From positions 2,671,219 to 2,735,218 of the forward strand of contig OY970120.1 of NCBI GenBank assembly GCA_963705885.1: a DNA stretch of 64,000 nt, read 5' to 3'. The notes beneath the pieces are model-generated. The model searched no databases, was not told the origin of the DNA, and saw only the letters and a list, made by a program, of their open reading frames with translations. The stretch's first letter is position 1, and each line of letters begins with the position of its first letter. A program made the position numbers and the translations under genes. Positions 45,765 to 53,928 of this stretch are shown in pieces. The DNA comes from an uncultured Actinomycetota bacterium. GTDB lineage: Bacteria; Actinomycetota; Actinomycetes; JACCUZ01.

Positions 45765-47078
45765 TCAGCAGGTGGACAGGAAGCGGTCCAGGACGCGCGT
45801 ACCGAATCGCAGCGAGTCGGTCGGCACGCGCTCGTCGACGCCGTGGAACATGCCAGTGAAGTCGAGGTCCGGGGGCAGCCGCAGGGGCGCGAAGCCGAAG
45901 CCACGGATGCCGAGCAGGCTGAAGGACTTGTTGTCGGTGCCGCCGGACAGGCAGTAGGGCACGGCGCGCGAGCCGGGGTCCTCGGCCTGCAGCGCTGCGA
46001 CCATCGCGTCGACGAGCGGCCCGTCGAAGGTCGTCTCGAGGGCGATGTCGGTGATGACCTCCTCGCGGCGGACGTCCGGGCCGATCAGCTCGTCGATGGT
46101 CGCGAGCAGCTCGTCCTCGAAGCCGGGGAGGAACCGGCAGTCGACGAACGCCTCGGCCGACTGCGGGATGACGTTGTGCTTGTAGCCCGCCTTGAGCATC
46201 GTCGGGTTGGCCGTGTTGCGCAGGGTGGCGCCGACGATGCGGGCGAGGGTGCCGAGCTTGGACAGCGCGGGCTCCGGGTCCGACAGGTCCACGTCGATGC
46301 CGAGGGCGTCGGACATCTCCTCGAGGAAGCGCTGCACGGTGGGCGTCATGCGCACGGGCCACTCGTGGCGCCCGACCCGCGCCACCGCCTCGGCCATCGC
46401 GGTCACGGCGTTGTCGTCGTTGACCATCGACCCGTGCCCGGCACGGCCTTCGGCGACCAGGCGGAGCCAGCGGATGCCCTTCTGCGCGGTCTCGATCAGG
46501 TAGACCCGCTCGTCACCGACGGAGAACGAGAACCCCCCGACCTCGCTGATGGCCTCGGACACGCCCTCGAACCGGCCGGGGTGGTTGTCGACCATCCAGT
46601 GCGCGCCGAGCTTGCCGCCGGCCTCCTCGTCGGCGAGGAAGCACAGCACGACGTCGCGCGGCGGGCGGCGGCCCTCGCGGCGCCACTGGCGCACGACCGC
46701 GAGCACCATCGCGTCCATGTCCTTCATGTCGACGGCACCGCGGCCCCAGACACAGCCGTCGACGACCTCGCCGGCGAAGGGGTCGTGGGTCCAGTCGCGG
46801 GCCTCGGCGGGCACGACGTCGAGGTGCCCGTGGACCAGCAGCCCGGGGCGGGACGAGTCCTCTCCCTCCCAGCGCACGACGAGGCTCGTGCGCCGCTCGG
46901 CCGACTCGAAGACCTCGGGCTCCAGTCCCACCTCGGACAGCAGGCCCGCGACGTGCTCGGCCGCCGCCCGTTCCCCCGGCCCGCTGCCGTCGCCGTAGTT
47001 CGACGAGTCGATGCGGATCAGGTCGCGGCAGATGTCGACGACCTCGGCCTCGGCCGTGGGGACGGCGGGGTCGGGCAC
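45765..47078 (-). CDS. M20/M25/M40 family metallo-hydrolase (dipeptidase-like)
   Basis: 437 aa. Motifs HGHLDVVP, ADEEAGG (DEE metal ligands), GHGS, and the dimerisation domain. Rv2141c-like. Confidence 0.85.
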   Translation of the reverse strand: MPDPAVPTAEAEVVDICRDLIRIDSSNYGDGSGPGERAAAEHVAGLLSEVGLEPEVFESAERRTSLVVRWEGEDSSRPGLLVHGHLDVVPAEARDWTHDPFAGEVVDGCVWGRGAVDMKDMDAMVLAVVRQWRREGRRPPRDVVLCFLADEEAGGKLGAHWMVDNHPGRFEGVSEAISEVGGFSFSVGDERVYLIETAQKGIRWLRLVAEGRAGHGSMVNDDNAVTAMAEAVARVGRHEWPVRMTPTVQRFLEEMSDALGIDVDLSDPEPALSKLGTLARIVGATLRNTANPTMLKAGYKHNVIPQSAEAFVDCRFLPGFEDELLATIDELIGPDVRREEVITDIALETTFDGPLVDAMVAALQAEDPGSRAVPYCLSGGTDNKSFSLLGIRGFGFAPLRLPPDLDFTGMFHGVDERVPTDSLRFGTRVLDRFLSTC

Positions 47079-47224
47079 GGTGCCTCCTCGGGGGCCGGTC
47101 GGACACGGTCATCCTGCCCCACGGGCCCTTCCGCCGATGCGTGGCGGGCCCGCCGGGTTTGCTAGGGTTGCCTGCGCACTTCGGGACGGCCGCGAGGCCG
47201 GGCCGGGTGCGTGCAGGACACCTC

Positions 47225-47310
47225 GTCCGGGTGGCGGAATTGGCAGACGCGCTAGCTTGAGGTGCTAGTGCCCTTTACCGGGCATGGGGGTTCAAGTCCC
47301 CCCTCGGACA
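47225..47310 (+). tRNA. tRNA-Leu (anticodon GAG), class II with long variable arm
   Basis: Read directly from sequence. Acceptor stem GTCCGGG/CTCGGAC (one GU pair), D-arm GCGGAATTGGCAGACGC, anticodon stem-loop CTAGC-TTGAGGT-GCTAG (anticodon GAG), 17-nt variable arm, T-arm GGGGG-TTCAAGT-CCCCC, discriminator A. CCA is not encoded. Confidence 0.85.
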
Positions 47311-47319
47311 CGCATTGCT

Positions 47320-47815
47320 CGACGCGAAGCCGCAGGTCACCGGCCTGCGGCTCGTGTGATTCCGGTGTCCGGCCGAAGACCCCGCTACGCCCAACGCCGG
47401 GACCTCAGCCCGGCGAGCCGGATTGCCCTGGAGCAGGTCCCCGCGCACCGCGGCCTCGAGGCACTTGCCGACGATGGTGGCGAGGTAGGCGACGGAGCGG
47501 TGCGACAGGCCGGTGACAGCGGCGTGGTCGGCCCTGCCGCTGTGAGCAGCCGGGCGTAGAGGGTGGGGAGGGCGGCGAGCTTGATGCTCTGCAGCGGTCG
47601 CGAGCTGAGGGCCGGCAGCCGCACTGCTCGACGGTGACCCTCTGCGGCCGCACGAACGACCCGGCGCCGACTTCGAGATACCTACCGGTGGCTTCCTTGC
47701 GAATCGGTTCTACCTCGGGCCGTCGGCCACCTTGGACCGGCGATCTGGGGAGTGCTCGCGAACGGCACCTGAGGGCGCATCGGGCGTAGCGTGAAAGGCG
47801 AACCAGGGGCTGCAC
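47320..47815 (-). pseudogene. possible decayed tyrosine-integrase-like gene remnant
   Basis: All three minus-strand frames carry ORF fragments, e.g. ...EPIRKEATGRYLEVGAGSFVRPQRVTV..., which is reminiscent of the integrase N-terminal I-K..GRY..V..G motif. No intact ORF exists. Purely inferential. Confidence 0.2.
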
Positions 47816-47871
47816 GCATGACTGGCAGTCGCATGCTGACCTGGGCTGCTCCCCTCAGAGAGTGGGTCGCG

Positions 47872-48315
47872 ATGGCCGACATGGAGTCCAGCGTGGTGAT
47901 AGCGCGGCCGGTAGAAGAGGTCTTCGACTTCTTCCTCGACCTGGATGCGAATGCATCGAAGGTCGATCCAACTGCAGGGTCTGTCCTCAAGGCGCCGGCT
48001 GGGCCTACCGGGCCCGGCACGACGTTTCGATTCAGGCAGCAGAGCCTCGGGCGAACGAGGGAAACAATGACTCGCTTCACGGCGGTCGAACCCAACGACA
48101 AGATTGAGTTCGAGGCCGAGATCGGCCCGATGAGACCCAAGTGCGACCTCACCTTCGCGGAGACGGCGTCAGGAACTGAGGTTACTTTCCGTGGAGACTC
48201 CAATGCCCCCGGCCCGCTCAGGCTGCTCAATCCGCTTCTCAACCGCAAGGGCCAGCAGGTTTGGAGTCGGAGGCTTGCCCGGATAAAGGCGGTCCTGGAG
48301 ACGGAGGCGCCCTGA
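47872..48315 (+). CDS. SRPBCC family protein (polyketide cyclase/START-like fold)
   Basis: Start trimmed to MADMESSVVIARPVEEVFDFFLD, a typical SRPBCC N-terminus. GC is about 60% with atypical codons (ata, gta, aca, act, ttt), so probably horizontally acquired. Confidence 0.7.
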   Translation: MADMESSVVIARPVEEVFDFFLDLDANASKVDPTAGSVLKAPAGPTGPGTTFRFRQQSLGRTRETMTRFTAVEPNDKIEFEAEIGPMRPKCDLTFAETASGTEVTFRGDSNAPGPLRLLNPLLNRKGQQVWSRRLARIKAVLETEAP

Positions 48316-48543
48316 CGCGTGGACGCCATTCACAGTCACCGAAGCGGTCAGGGAAGCGATTCTCGACGGAACCAGGCCGATTCAGCGGCATGTGCCGAAG
48401 TCCGTCGCCGCTGCGTCGGGACGGACCCTCGGAGCCCCGGGGTCGTGAAGGCCGACCTCGGTCCGGCGTGACCTACCGGGTCGAGCTCCGTCGCCGGCGG
48501 CACTCAGACACAACGCAGGGGCTCGAACCGAAGGGCACCCTGC

Positions 48544-49971
48544 CTACTCCAGCGGTGGGTCGGTCCCAGTGGTGTAGCGGCGCCCGAGCGGACTCGTCCA
48601 CGTGCGTACGCCCGTCTCCGGGTCGTACCGCAAGCGCCAGCGGCCGTGCGTCTTCGCGTTGTGGTGCTGCCGGCACAACGGGCCGAGGTTGATGGTGACC
48701 GTCCGGCCGCCCTCGCCGTGGAAGGTCAGCACGTGGTCACAGTCGCAGTCCTGGGCGCGCCGTGAGCAGCCTGGGAAACCGCAGGTCCGGTCACGGGCGG
48801 CGATGAATGCGCGCATCGCCTCGGAGGGGCGGTAGGTCTCGGCGCCGCGGTCGACGACCTGACGGGTCCCCGGGTCGGTGGTCCAGCGCACCCAGTCACG
48901 CTCGGCGGCAAGACGTCGCGCCAGCAGGCCGGGGATCGGGCCGTAGCCGGGCAGCTCGGCCGGGTTGTCCGCGAGCCCGAGCGCGGTCGGCAGGTCGACG
49001 ACCACGGCGACCGTCTGTGCTCCCCCGCACCGACATCTCGGCAGCTCCGGCGACGCCGCCGTCCCGGCCGGTGCCCCGCCCGGCGTCCCGCCTGCTGCGG
49101 TCGTCCCGCCGGCTGCGGGAACGGCAGCGGCCGGTGACGGAGTCGGCGCAGCCAGGATCGCCGCCACGAGGGCGTCCACCCGCAAAGCGTCCAGGCCCGG
49201 GTCCTCGGCGCCCGTCGAGCGCCGCGCGCCCTGCTCGACCGACGCGCGTCGGCTCAGGGCCGACCAGGAGGTGTCGGCGACGTCGGCCGGCAGGGTCACC
49301 CACCAGCCCTCCATCGCGTCGGGCATCGGGTTGCGCTCGATCGTGCGCCCGGCGGCCGCCTTGTGGTGGCGCCGCAGCGCAGCCGTCGGGTCGGCGGACA
49401 GGATCGCCCGGGCGGTCGCCCGCTTCATCTCGGCCAGCGTCTGCTCGTGGGCCTTCGCGAGCACGAGCACCTCCACGGTGGCCGACAGCTCGCCGTCGAG
49501 GTCGCGCACCGCGTCGACCAGGTGCGAGGCCTGCTGATAGGTGATCCGGCCGGTCTCCAGCGCTCGCTGCGTGGCAGCGCGCAGGTGAAGCAGGTCGTGG
49601 GCGACCCGCGTCCGGTGTGCTGCCGTCGGCGGCGCCAACCGGAGTGCGGCGCCGACCTCGTGCCGCGCGAGGTCGCCCTCGAGGCCCACGTCCTCGGTCG
49701 CGTCGACCACCGCGGACAGCGCTCGCTGCTGCAGCCCGTCGACCATCCCCTTGACCCGCTCGACGGCCTCGATCAGCTCGACGCGCGCGTCGCCGCCCAG
49801 CGACTCCGGCTCGATCGAGAGGAGCACCGCGAGCGAGCTCGGGTCAGGGTCGCGCTCGAGCATCGACCGGATGAGCTCCGGCGCCAGGCGTGGATCGACC
49901 CGCCGCTGGTCGAGCGGCAGCGGGTCGACCGGCCGCGAATCTGCGGTCGGTGCCGGCGCCGCTGGACTCAT
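48544..49971 (-). CDS. DUF222 domain HNH endonuclease (REP13E12-like family)
   Basis: 475 aa. N-terminal DUF222 region, C-terminal HNH motif CGFPGCSRRAQDCDCDHVLTFHGEGGRTVTINLGPLCRQHHNAKTH. Confidence 0.8.
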   Translation of the reverse strand: MSPAAPAPTADSRPVDPLPLDQRRVDPRLAPELIRSMLERDPDPSSLAVLLSIEPESLGGDARVELIEAVERVKGMVDGLQQRALSAVVDATEDVGLEGDLARHEVGAALRLAPPTAAHRTRVAHDLLHLRAATQRALETGRITYQQASHLVDAVRDLDGELSATVEVLVLAKAHEQTLAEMKRATARAILSADPTAALRRHHKAAAGRTIERNPMPDAMEGWWVTLPADVADTSWSALSRRASVEQGARRSTGAEDPGLDALRVDALVAAILAAPTPSPAAAVPAAGGTTAAGGTPGGAPAGTAASPELPRCRCGGAQTVAVVVDLPTALGLADNPAELPGYGPIPGLLARRLAAERDWVRWTTDPGTRQVVDRGAETYRPSEAMRAFIAARDRTCGFPGCSRRAQDCDCDHVLTFHGEGGRTVTINLGPLCRQHHNAKTHGRWRLRYDPETGVRTWTSPLGRRYTTGTDPPLE

Positions 49972-50225
49972 GGTCGCAACCTAGGACGGACCTTGGACAC
50001 AACTCCGGCCGCGACGACGCCGTTGTGACGTACGCCCGCCATGCCGTTCCTGGGAAGCACCCCGGTGATTGACCAAGCAACGATGTGGCGCGGTCAGGCC
50101 CGGCCGGCCGCTACACTGGCCGGGCGGCGTGCGGGACGCAAGTCCCCGTCGTACCTTCCACCGCTCGTCCGTCGGCCCTGGTCGGCGGAGCCGCGTGCTG
50201 TGGACGGCCGTCGAGGAACTAGGGA

Positions 50226-50618
50226 GTGAACGTGGCAGGTCGAGGCAGGATCGTCGGGTCGAACCTGGGCGGCAAGAGCTACGAGAACGGTGACGGGCCG
50301 AGCGTCGCCCAGGTGCGCCAGGCGCGCTACGTCTGCCGGGACGCCCACGTCACCGACGTCCCGTTCTCCGCCGAGGCCGCCGACCTCCCGGCCGTCTGGA
50401 GCTGCTCCGAGTGCGGCGACGGCGCCGTGGCCGACGGGCTCGACCCCGACGTCGCCATCCAGGCCCGTGAGGCGCTGGCCGTGGCCGCCCGCGGCGGCAA
50501 GCCGGTCGCCAAGACGCCGTGGCAGCACCTCATGGAGCGCCGCACGGTGCCCGAGCTCGAGGTCATCCTCGAGGAGCGCCTCGCGCTCCTGCGCGGCCGC
50601 CTGCGCGCCAGCGCCTGA
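50226..50618 (+). CDS. rbpA: RNA polymerase-binding protein RbpA
   Basis: GTG start preceded by ggaactagggag. Colinear with RbpA (...RIVGSNLGGKSYENGDG...ARYVCRDAHVTDVPFSAEA...WSCSECG...KTPWQHLMERRTVPELEVILEERL...), including the sigma-interaction C-terminal helix. Confidence 0.85.
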   Translation: MNVAGRGRIVGSNLGGKSYENGDGPSVAQVRQARYVCRDAHVTDVPFSAEAADLPAVWSCSECGDGAVADGLDPDVAIQAREALAVAARGGKPVAKTPWQHLMERRTVPELEVILEERLALLRGRLRASA

Positions 50619-50646
50619 CCCGCCGGCCCACCGGTACGGTCGCCGG

Positions 50647-50880
50647 ATGACGGGTCACGACCGGGGCCAGCGCACGTCCGCGTACGTCCTGGTCGGGCTC
50701 GGCGCGCTGCTGCTGGTGAGCGGCACGTTCGCCACCGGCCAGGCCCTCGCGGCCGGCAGCTGGGTGTCGGCGGCCCTCATCGCCGCCTTCATGGTCGTCA
50801 TCGTTCTCGGCATGAGGCGCGGGCTCAGCCAGCTGCGTCAGCCGCAGCAGCCTCCCCCGCAGCACCCGCCGCCGGACTGA
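50647..50880 (+). CDS. hypothetical small membrane protein
   Basis: 77 aa (MTGHDRGQRTSAYVLVGLGALLLVSG...AALIAAFMVVIVLGM..., Pro/Gln-rich tail). Good GC3 bias. The 3' end overlaps the convergent FmdB-like gene by about 40 nt. Confidence 0.35.
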   Translation: MTGHDRGQRTSAYVLVGLGALLLVSGTFATGQALAAGSWVSAALIAAFMVVIVLGMRRGLSQLRQPQQPPPQHPPPD

Positions 50881-51047
50881 GCACCAGCCGACGCGGTGGC
50901 GAGGCCGCCCACCGACACTGCCGACCACATGCGCGACACGTCGGCGTGACCCTCCGGGCACTGCACGGTCCCGGCGTCGGCCTCGATCGCGCGACGCACC
51001 TCGAACACCCGGTCGCACTCGCGGCAGCGGTAGTCGTAGACGGCCAT
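50838..51047 (-). CDS. FmdB family zinc-ribbon protein
   Basis: MAVYDYRCRECDRVFEV...VQCPEGH matches the FmdB/CxxC_CXXC_SSSS N-terminus. Gly/Cys-rich tail. Confidence 0.7.
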   Translation of the reverse strand: MAVYDYRCRECDRVFEVRRAIEADAGTVQCPEGHADVSRMWSAVSVGGLATASAGAQSGGGCCGGGCCG

Positions 51048-51079
51048 GCGCCCATCGTAGGTCGCCTAGCCTGGCGCGC

Positions 51080-52000
51080 ATGCCGGACGGACCACGCGAG
51101 CTGCGCCTCGCCGTCACCGCGGACGACTACGAGGACGCCCTGCGGTTCTACCGCGACGTCCTCGGCCTCACCGAGGAGGCGACCTACACCCACGACGGGT
51201 CGCGGGTCACGATCCTGCACGCGGGGCGGGCGACGCTGGAGCTCGCCGAGCCGGCCTACGCCGAGCACATCGACGAGGTCGAGGTGGGCCGCCGGGTCGC
51301 GGGCCACGTCCGTGTCGCGTTCGAGGTCAGCGACCCGCACGCGGTGACCCGGCGCCTCGCCGACGCCGGCGCGAGTGTCGTCGCCGAACCGGTCCTGACG
51401 CCCTGGGGCTCGGTCAACGCCCGGCTCGACGGGCCGGCCGGGCTGCACCTCACGGTCTTCTCCCCCGAGATCTACCTGACCCCGCCGACGCCGCTGGACG
51501 GACCTGTCGTGCTCGCCGACCCCGACCCCGCATGGGCGGACGCGGCGGACAGACAGATCGAGGACGTACGGCGGGCGCTGGGCGACCGGGCCGGGCCGGT
51601 CGAGCACGTGGGCTCGACATCGGTCCCCGGCCTCGCGGCCAAGCCGGTGCTCGACCTCGTCCTGACCGTCCCCGACCCGGCCGACGAGGACGCTTACGTG
51701 CCCGCACTGGAGGCCCTCGGCTACACGCTGCACCTCCGCGAGCCCGCCTGGCACGAGCACCGGCTGCTCAAGCACACCGACCCGGCGGTCAACCTGCACG
51801 TGTTCGGCGAGGGCGCCGAGGAGGCCGGCCGGATGGTGGCCTTCCGCGACCACCTGCGCGCGGACGACGGCGACCGCGCCCTCTACGAGCGCACCAAGCG
51901 CGACCTGGCCGGCCGGGACTGGCACGTCGTGCAGGACTACGCCGACGCCAAGTCCGACGTCGTCGCCGACATCATGCGCCGGGCGCGGCAGGGGCGCTGA
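51080..52000 (+). CDS. fusion protein: N-terminal VOC/glyoxalase-like domain plus C-terminal GrpB family (UPF0157) domain
   Basis: N-terminal about 120 aa have the VOC fold pattern (LRLAVTADDYEDALRFYRDVLGL...). The C-terminal about 170 aa match GrpB (VEHVGSTSVPGLAAKPVLDLVLTVPD...EHRLLKHTDPAVNLHVF...FRDHLRADDGDRALYERTKRDLA). Confidence 0.7.
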   Translation: MPDGPRELRLAVTADDYEDALRFYRDVLGLTEEATYTHDGSRVTILHAGRATLELAEPAYAEHIDEVEVGRRVAGHVRVAFEVSDPHAVTRRLADAGASVVAEPVLTPWGSVNARLDGPAGLHLTVFSPEIYLTPPTPLDGPVVLADPDPAWADAADRQIEDVRRALGDRAGPVEHVGSTSVPGLAAKPVLDLVLTVPDPADEDAYVPALEALGYTLHLREPAWHEHRLLKHTDPAVNLHVFGEGAEEAGRMVAFRDHLRADDGDRALYERTKRDLAGRDWHVVQDYADAKSDVVADIMRRARQGR

Positions 52001-53147
52001 CGTCGGAGCTGCCGCGCGACCAGTGGTGCTCTGCGACGAGCGCGCCGAGCGGCACGCAGAGCAGCACCACGGCCCAGCCCAGCGGGAGCCCCGCGGCGAC
52101 GAGCGCGACGACCGCGAAGCAGGCGACGACAGCCGGAGCCATCCGCGCGAGCCCGTGGGCCGGCGTGCCGCCCAACGGCGCGTGCAGCGCCCAGACCACG
52201 ACCAGGAACAGTGACACCGGCACGGCGACCGTGAGCACGATGAGCGCGTCCGACGCCGGGATCTCGTGGCTGACCGCCTCGGCGGCGACCTCGAGCCCCG
52301 CGCCGACCGCCGCCAGCGACGCGAACACGACGTAGTGGCCGTAGCCCCAGAGGAAGGCCAGCTCGCGGTGCCGCGCCAGCCCGCCGCCGGCGTCCTTGAG
52401 GAAGTAGACCCACCACAGGGCGAACAGCAGCGCGAGGCTCCCCGCACCGGTGACCACCGTCGCCACGGTGAGGCCGTCCTCGCTGACCGCGCTCTCGGCG
52501 GCCGTCGTGGCGGCCAGCACGCTCTCGCCGAGCACGATGATCGTGAACAGCCCGTAGCGCTCGGCGACGTGGTGCGGGTGCCAGTGCGTCGACCCCGGCC
52601 GCTCCGCCCACCACGGCACCGCCAGCTCGATCGCGACGAGAACGAGGAACCCCGCGACGGCCGGTCCCTCGGGCAGGGCGAGCCGGGCCAGCCAGGCGGC
52701 CTGCAGCACGGCCACCCCGACCGCGTACCGGCGGGTCGTCGACGCCCGCTCCGGGTCCCCCCGGGAGGCGCGCAGCCACTGCGCGACGAGCGCGACGCGC
52801 ATGATGACGTAGCCGACCGTCGCGGCCCGGAAGTCCTTGTCCTCGAACATCGCCGGCACCCCCGCCGCCAGGACGAGGACCCCACCCATCTGCAGGAGGG
52901 TCAGCAGCCGGTAGCCGACGTCGTCGCAGTCGTAGGCCGACGCGAACCACGTGAAGTTCATCCACGCCCACCAGATGGCGAAGAACGCCATGAGGTAGAC
53001 GACCAGCCCGTCGAGCACGTGGTCGTCCGCGATGTCGTGGGCCAGCTCGCGGGCCACCTGGGCGACGGCGACGACGAGCGTCAGGTCGAACAGCAGCTCC
53101 AGCGGCGTCGCGCCCCGGTGGGACTCGTCGACGTCGCGTGCGACCAT
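51972..53147 (-). CDS. low temperature requirement protein A (LtrA) family membrane protein
   Basis: Start trimmed to MVARDVDESHRGATPLELLFDLTLVVAVAQ (ATG 53147, confirmed), the LtrA N-terminal signature. Multiple TM helices follow. Confidence 0.75.
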   Translation of the reverse strand: MVARDVDESHRGATPLELLFDLTLVVAVAQVARELAHDIADDHVLDGLVVYLMAFFAIWWAWMNFTWFASAYDCDDVGYRLLTLLQMGGVLVLAAGVPAMFEDKDFRAATVGYVIMRVALVAQWLRASRGDPERASTTRRYAVGVAVLQAAWLARLALPEGPAVAGFLVLVAIELAVPWWAERPGSTHWHPHHVAERYGLFTIIVLGESVLAATTAAESAVSEDGLTVATVVTGAGSLALLFALWWVYFLKDAGGGLARHRELAFLWGYGHYVVFASLAAVGAGLEVAAEAVSHEIPASDALIVLTVAVPVSLFLVVVWALHAPLGGTPAHGLARMAPAVVACFAVVALVAAGLPLGWAVVLLCVPLGALVAEHHWSRGSSDVSAPAAPGA

Positions 53148-53329
53148 CGGCAGCCGCCACGGCCTGCGGCCGAGCCCCTCGCTCGCCCCGGCGGAGGCGG
53201 TCCTGGTGGCGTCCGGCACAGCCCGGACCGTAGCCGCCGCACGGTCCCCGCGCACGCGGTCGGCGACCTCGCCCGGCCGACAAGGCACAGGGCTGGACTT
53301 CTGCCAGACAAATCCCTAGCCTTGACCCC

Positions 53330-53926
53330 ATGTACGTCCTCACGGTGGACCAGCGGGACAGCCGGCGCACCCCCGACCTGGTCGGCGGGCTGCTCGAGAG
53401 CCTCGGCGGCGACCCCGCCGCCTACGTGCTCGGCTTCGAGCGCACGGCCGGCGACGAGGTCCAGGGCGTCCTCGACGACCCGGTGGCCGTCGTCGACCTC
53501 GTGCTCCGGCTCGTGCGCGACGGGGCCTGGAGCATCGGCGTCGGGGTCGGGGCGGTCAACGAGCCGCTGCCGCAGAGCACGCGTGCGGGCTCGGGGCCGG
53601 CCTTCAGCGAGGCGCGCGACGCGGTCTCGCGGGCCAAGTCCCGTCCCTACGACCTGGCCGTGTCCGGTGACCGGCCCGAGCAGGCGAGGCGGGCCCAGGC
53701 CGCGCTCGAGCTGCTCGCCGCCACCGTGAGCCGGCGCAGCGAGCGGGGGTGGGAGGCGGTGGACCTTGCCGCGGCCGGGCTGAACCAGATCGAGGTGGCC
53801 GCGCGCCTGGGCATCAGCAAGCAGGCGGTCTCCCAGCGGCTGCAGGCGGCCGACTGGCACGTGGAGCCCGACGGGCGCGAGCTGGCCTCCCACCTGTTGT
53901 CCGTCGCGGATGGCAGGGTGTCCTGA
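53330..53926 (+). CDS. SatD-like putative regulator with C-terminal HTH
   Basis: N-terminus MYVLTVDQRDSRR resembles the SatD family as I remember it. C-terminal HTH LNQIEVAARLGISKQAVSQRL. The stop is followed by the next gene's GTG within 3 nt. Family assignment is tentative. Confidence 0.5.
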   Translation: MYVLTVDQRDSRRTPDLVGGLLESLGGDPAAYVLGFERTAGDEVQGVLDDPVAVVDLVLRLVRDGAWSIGVGVGAVNEPLPQSTRAGSGPAFSEARDAVSRAKSRPYDLAVSGDRPEQARRAQAALELLAATVSRRSERGWEAVDLAAAGLNQIEVAARLGISKQAVSQRLQAADWHVEPDGRELASHLLSVADGRVS

Positions 53927-53928
53927 CC

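Larger units (their letters stand above)
47311..50225. mobile_element. putative tRNA-Leu-associated genomic islet / decayed integrative element
   Basis: Starts at the tRNA 3' end. Contains frame-broken ORF fragments (47320-47815), a distinctly lower-GC SRPBCC gene (about 60% vs 72%, many A/T-ending codons), and a DUF222-HNH endonuclease of the REP13E12-like family. Followed by a 254-nt non-coding stretch. Boundaries are not proven. Confidence 0.3.

Noticed and set aside
49972-50225. 254-nt non-coding stretch upstream of rbpA, considered as a riboswitch or sRNA.
   Set aside because: No recognisable riboswitch consensus (TPP, SAM, B12, glycine) was visible by eye. It is more economically explained as the promoter/leader and islet junction.
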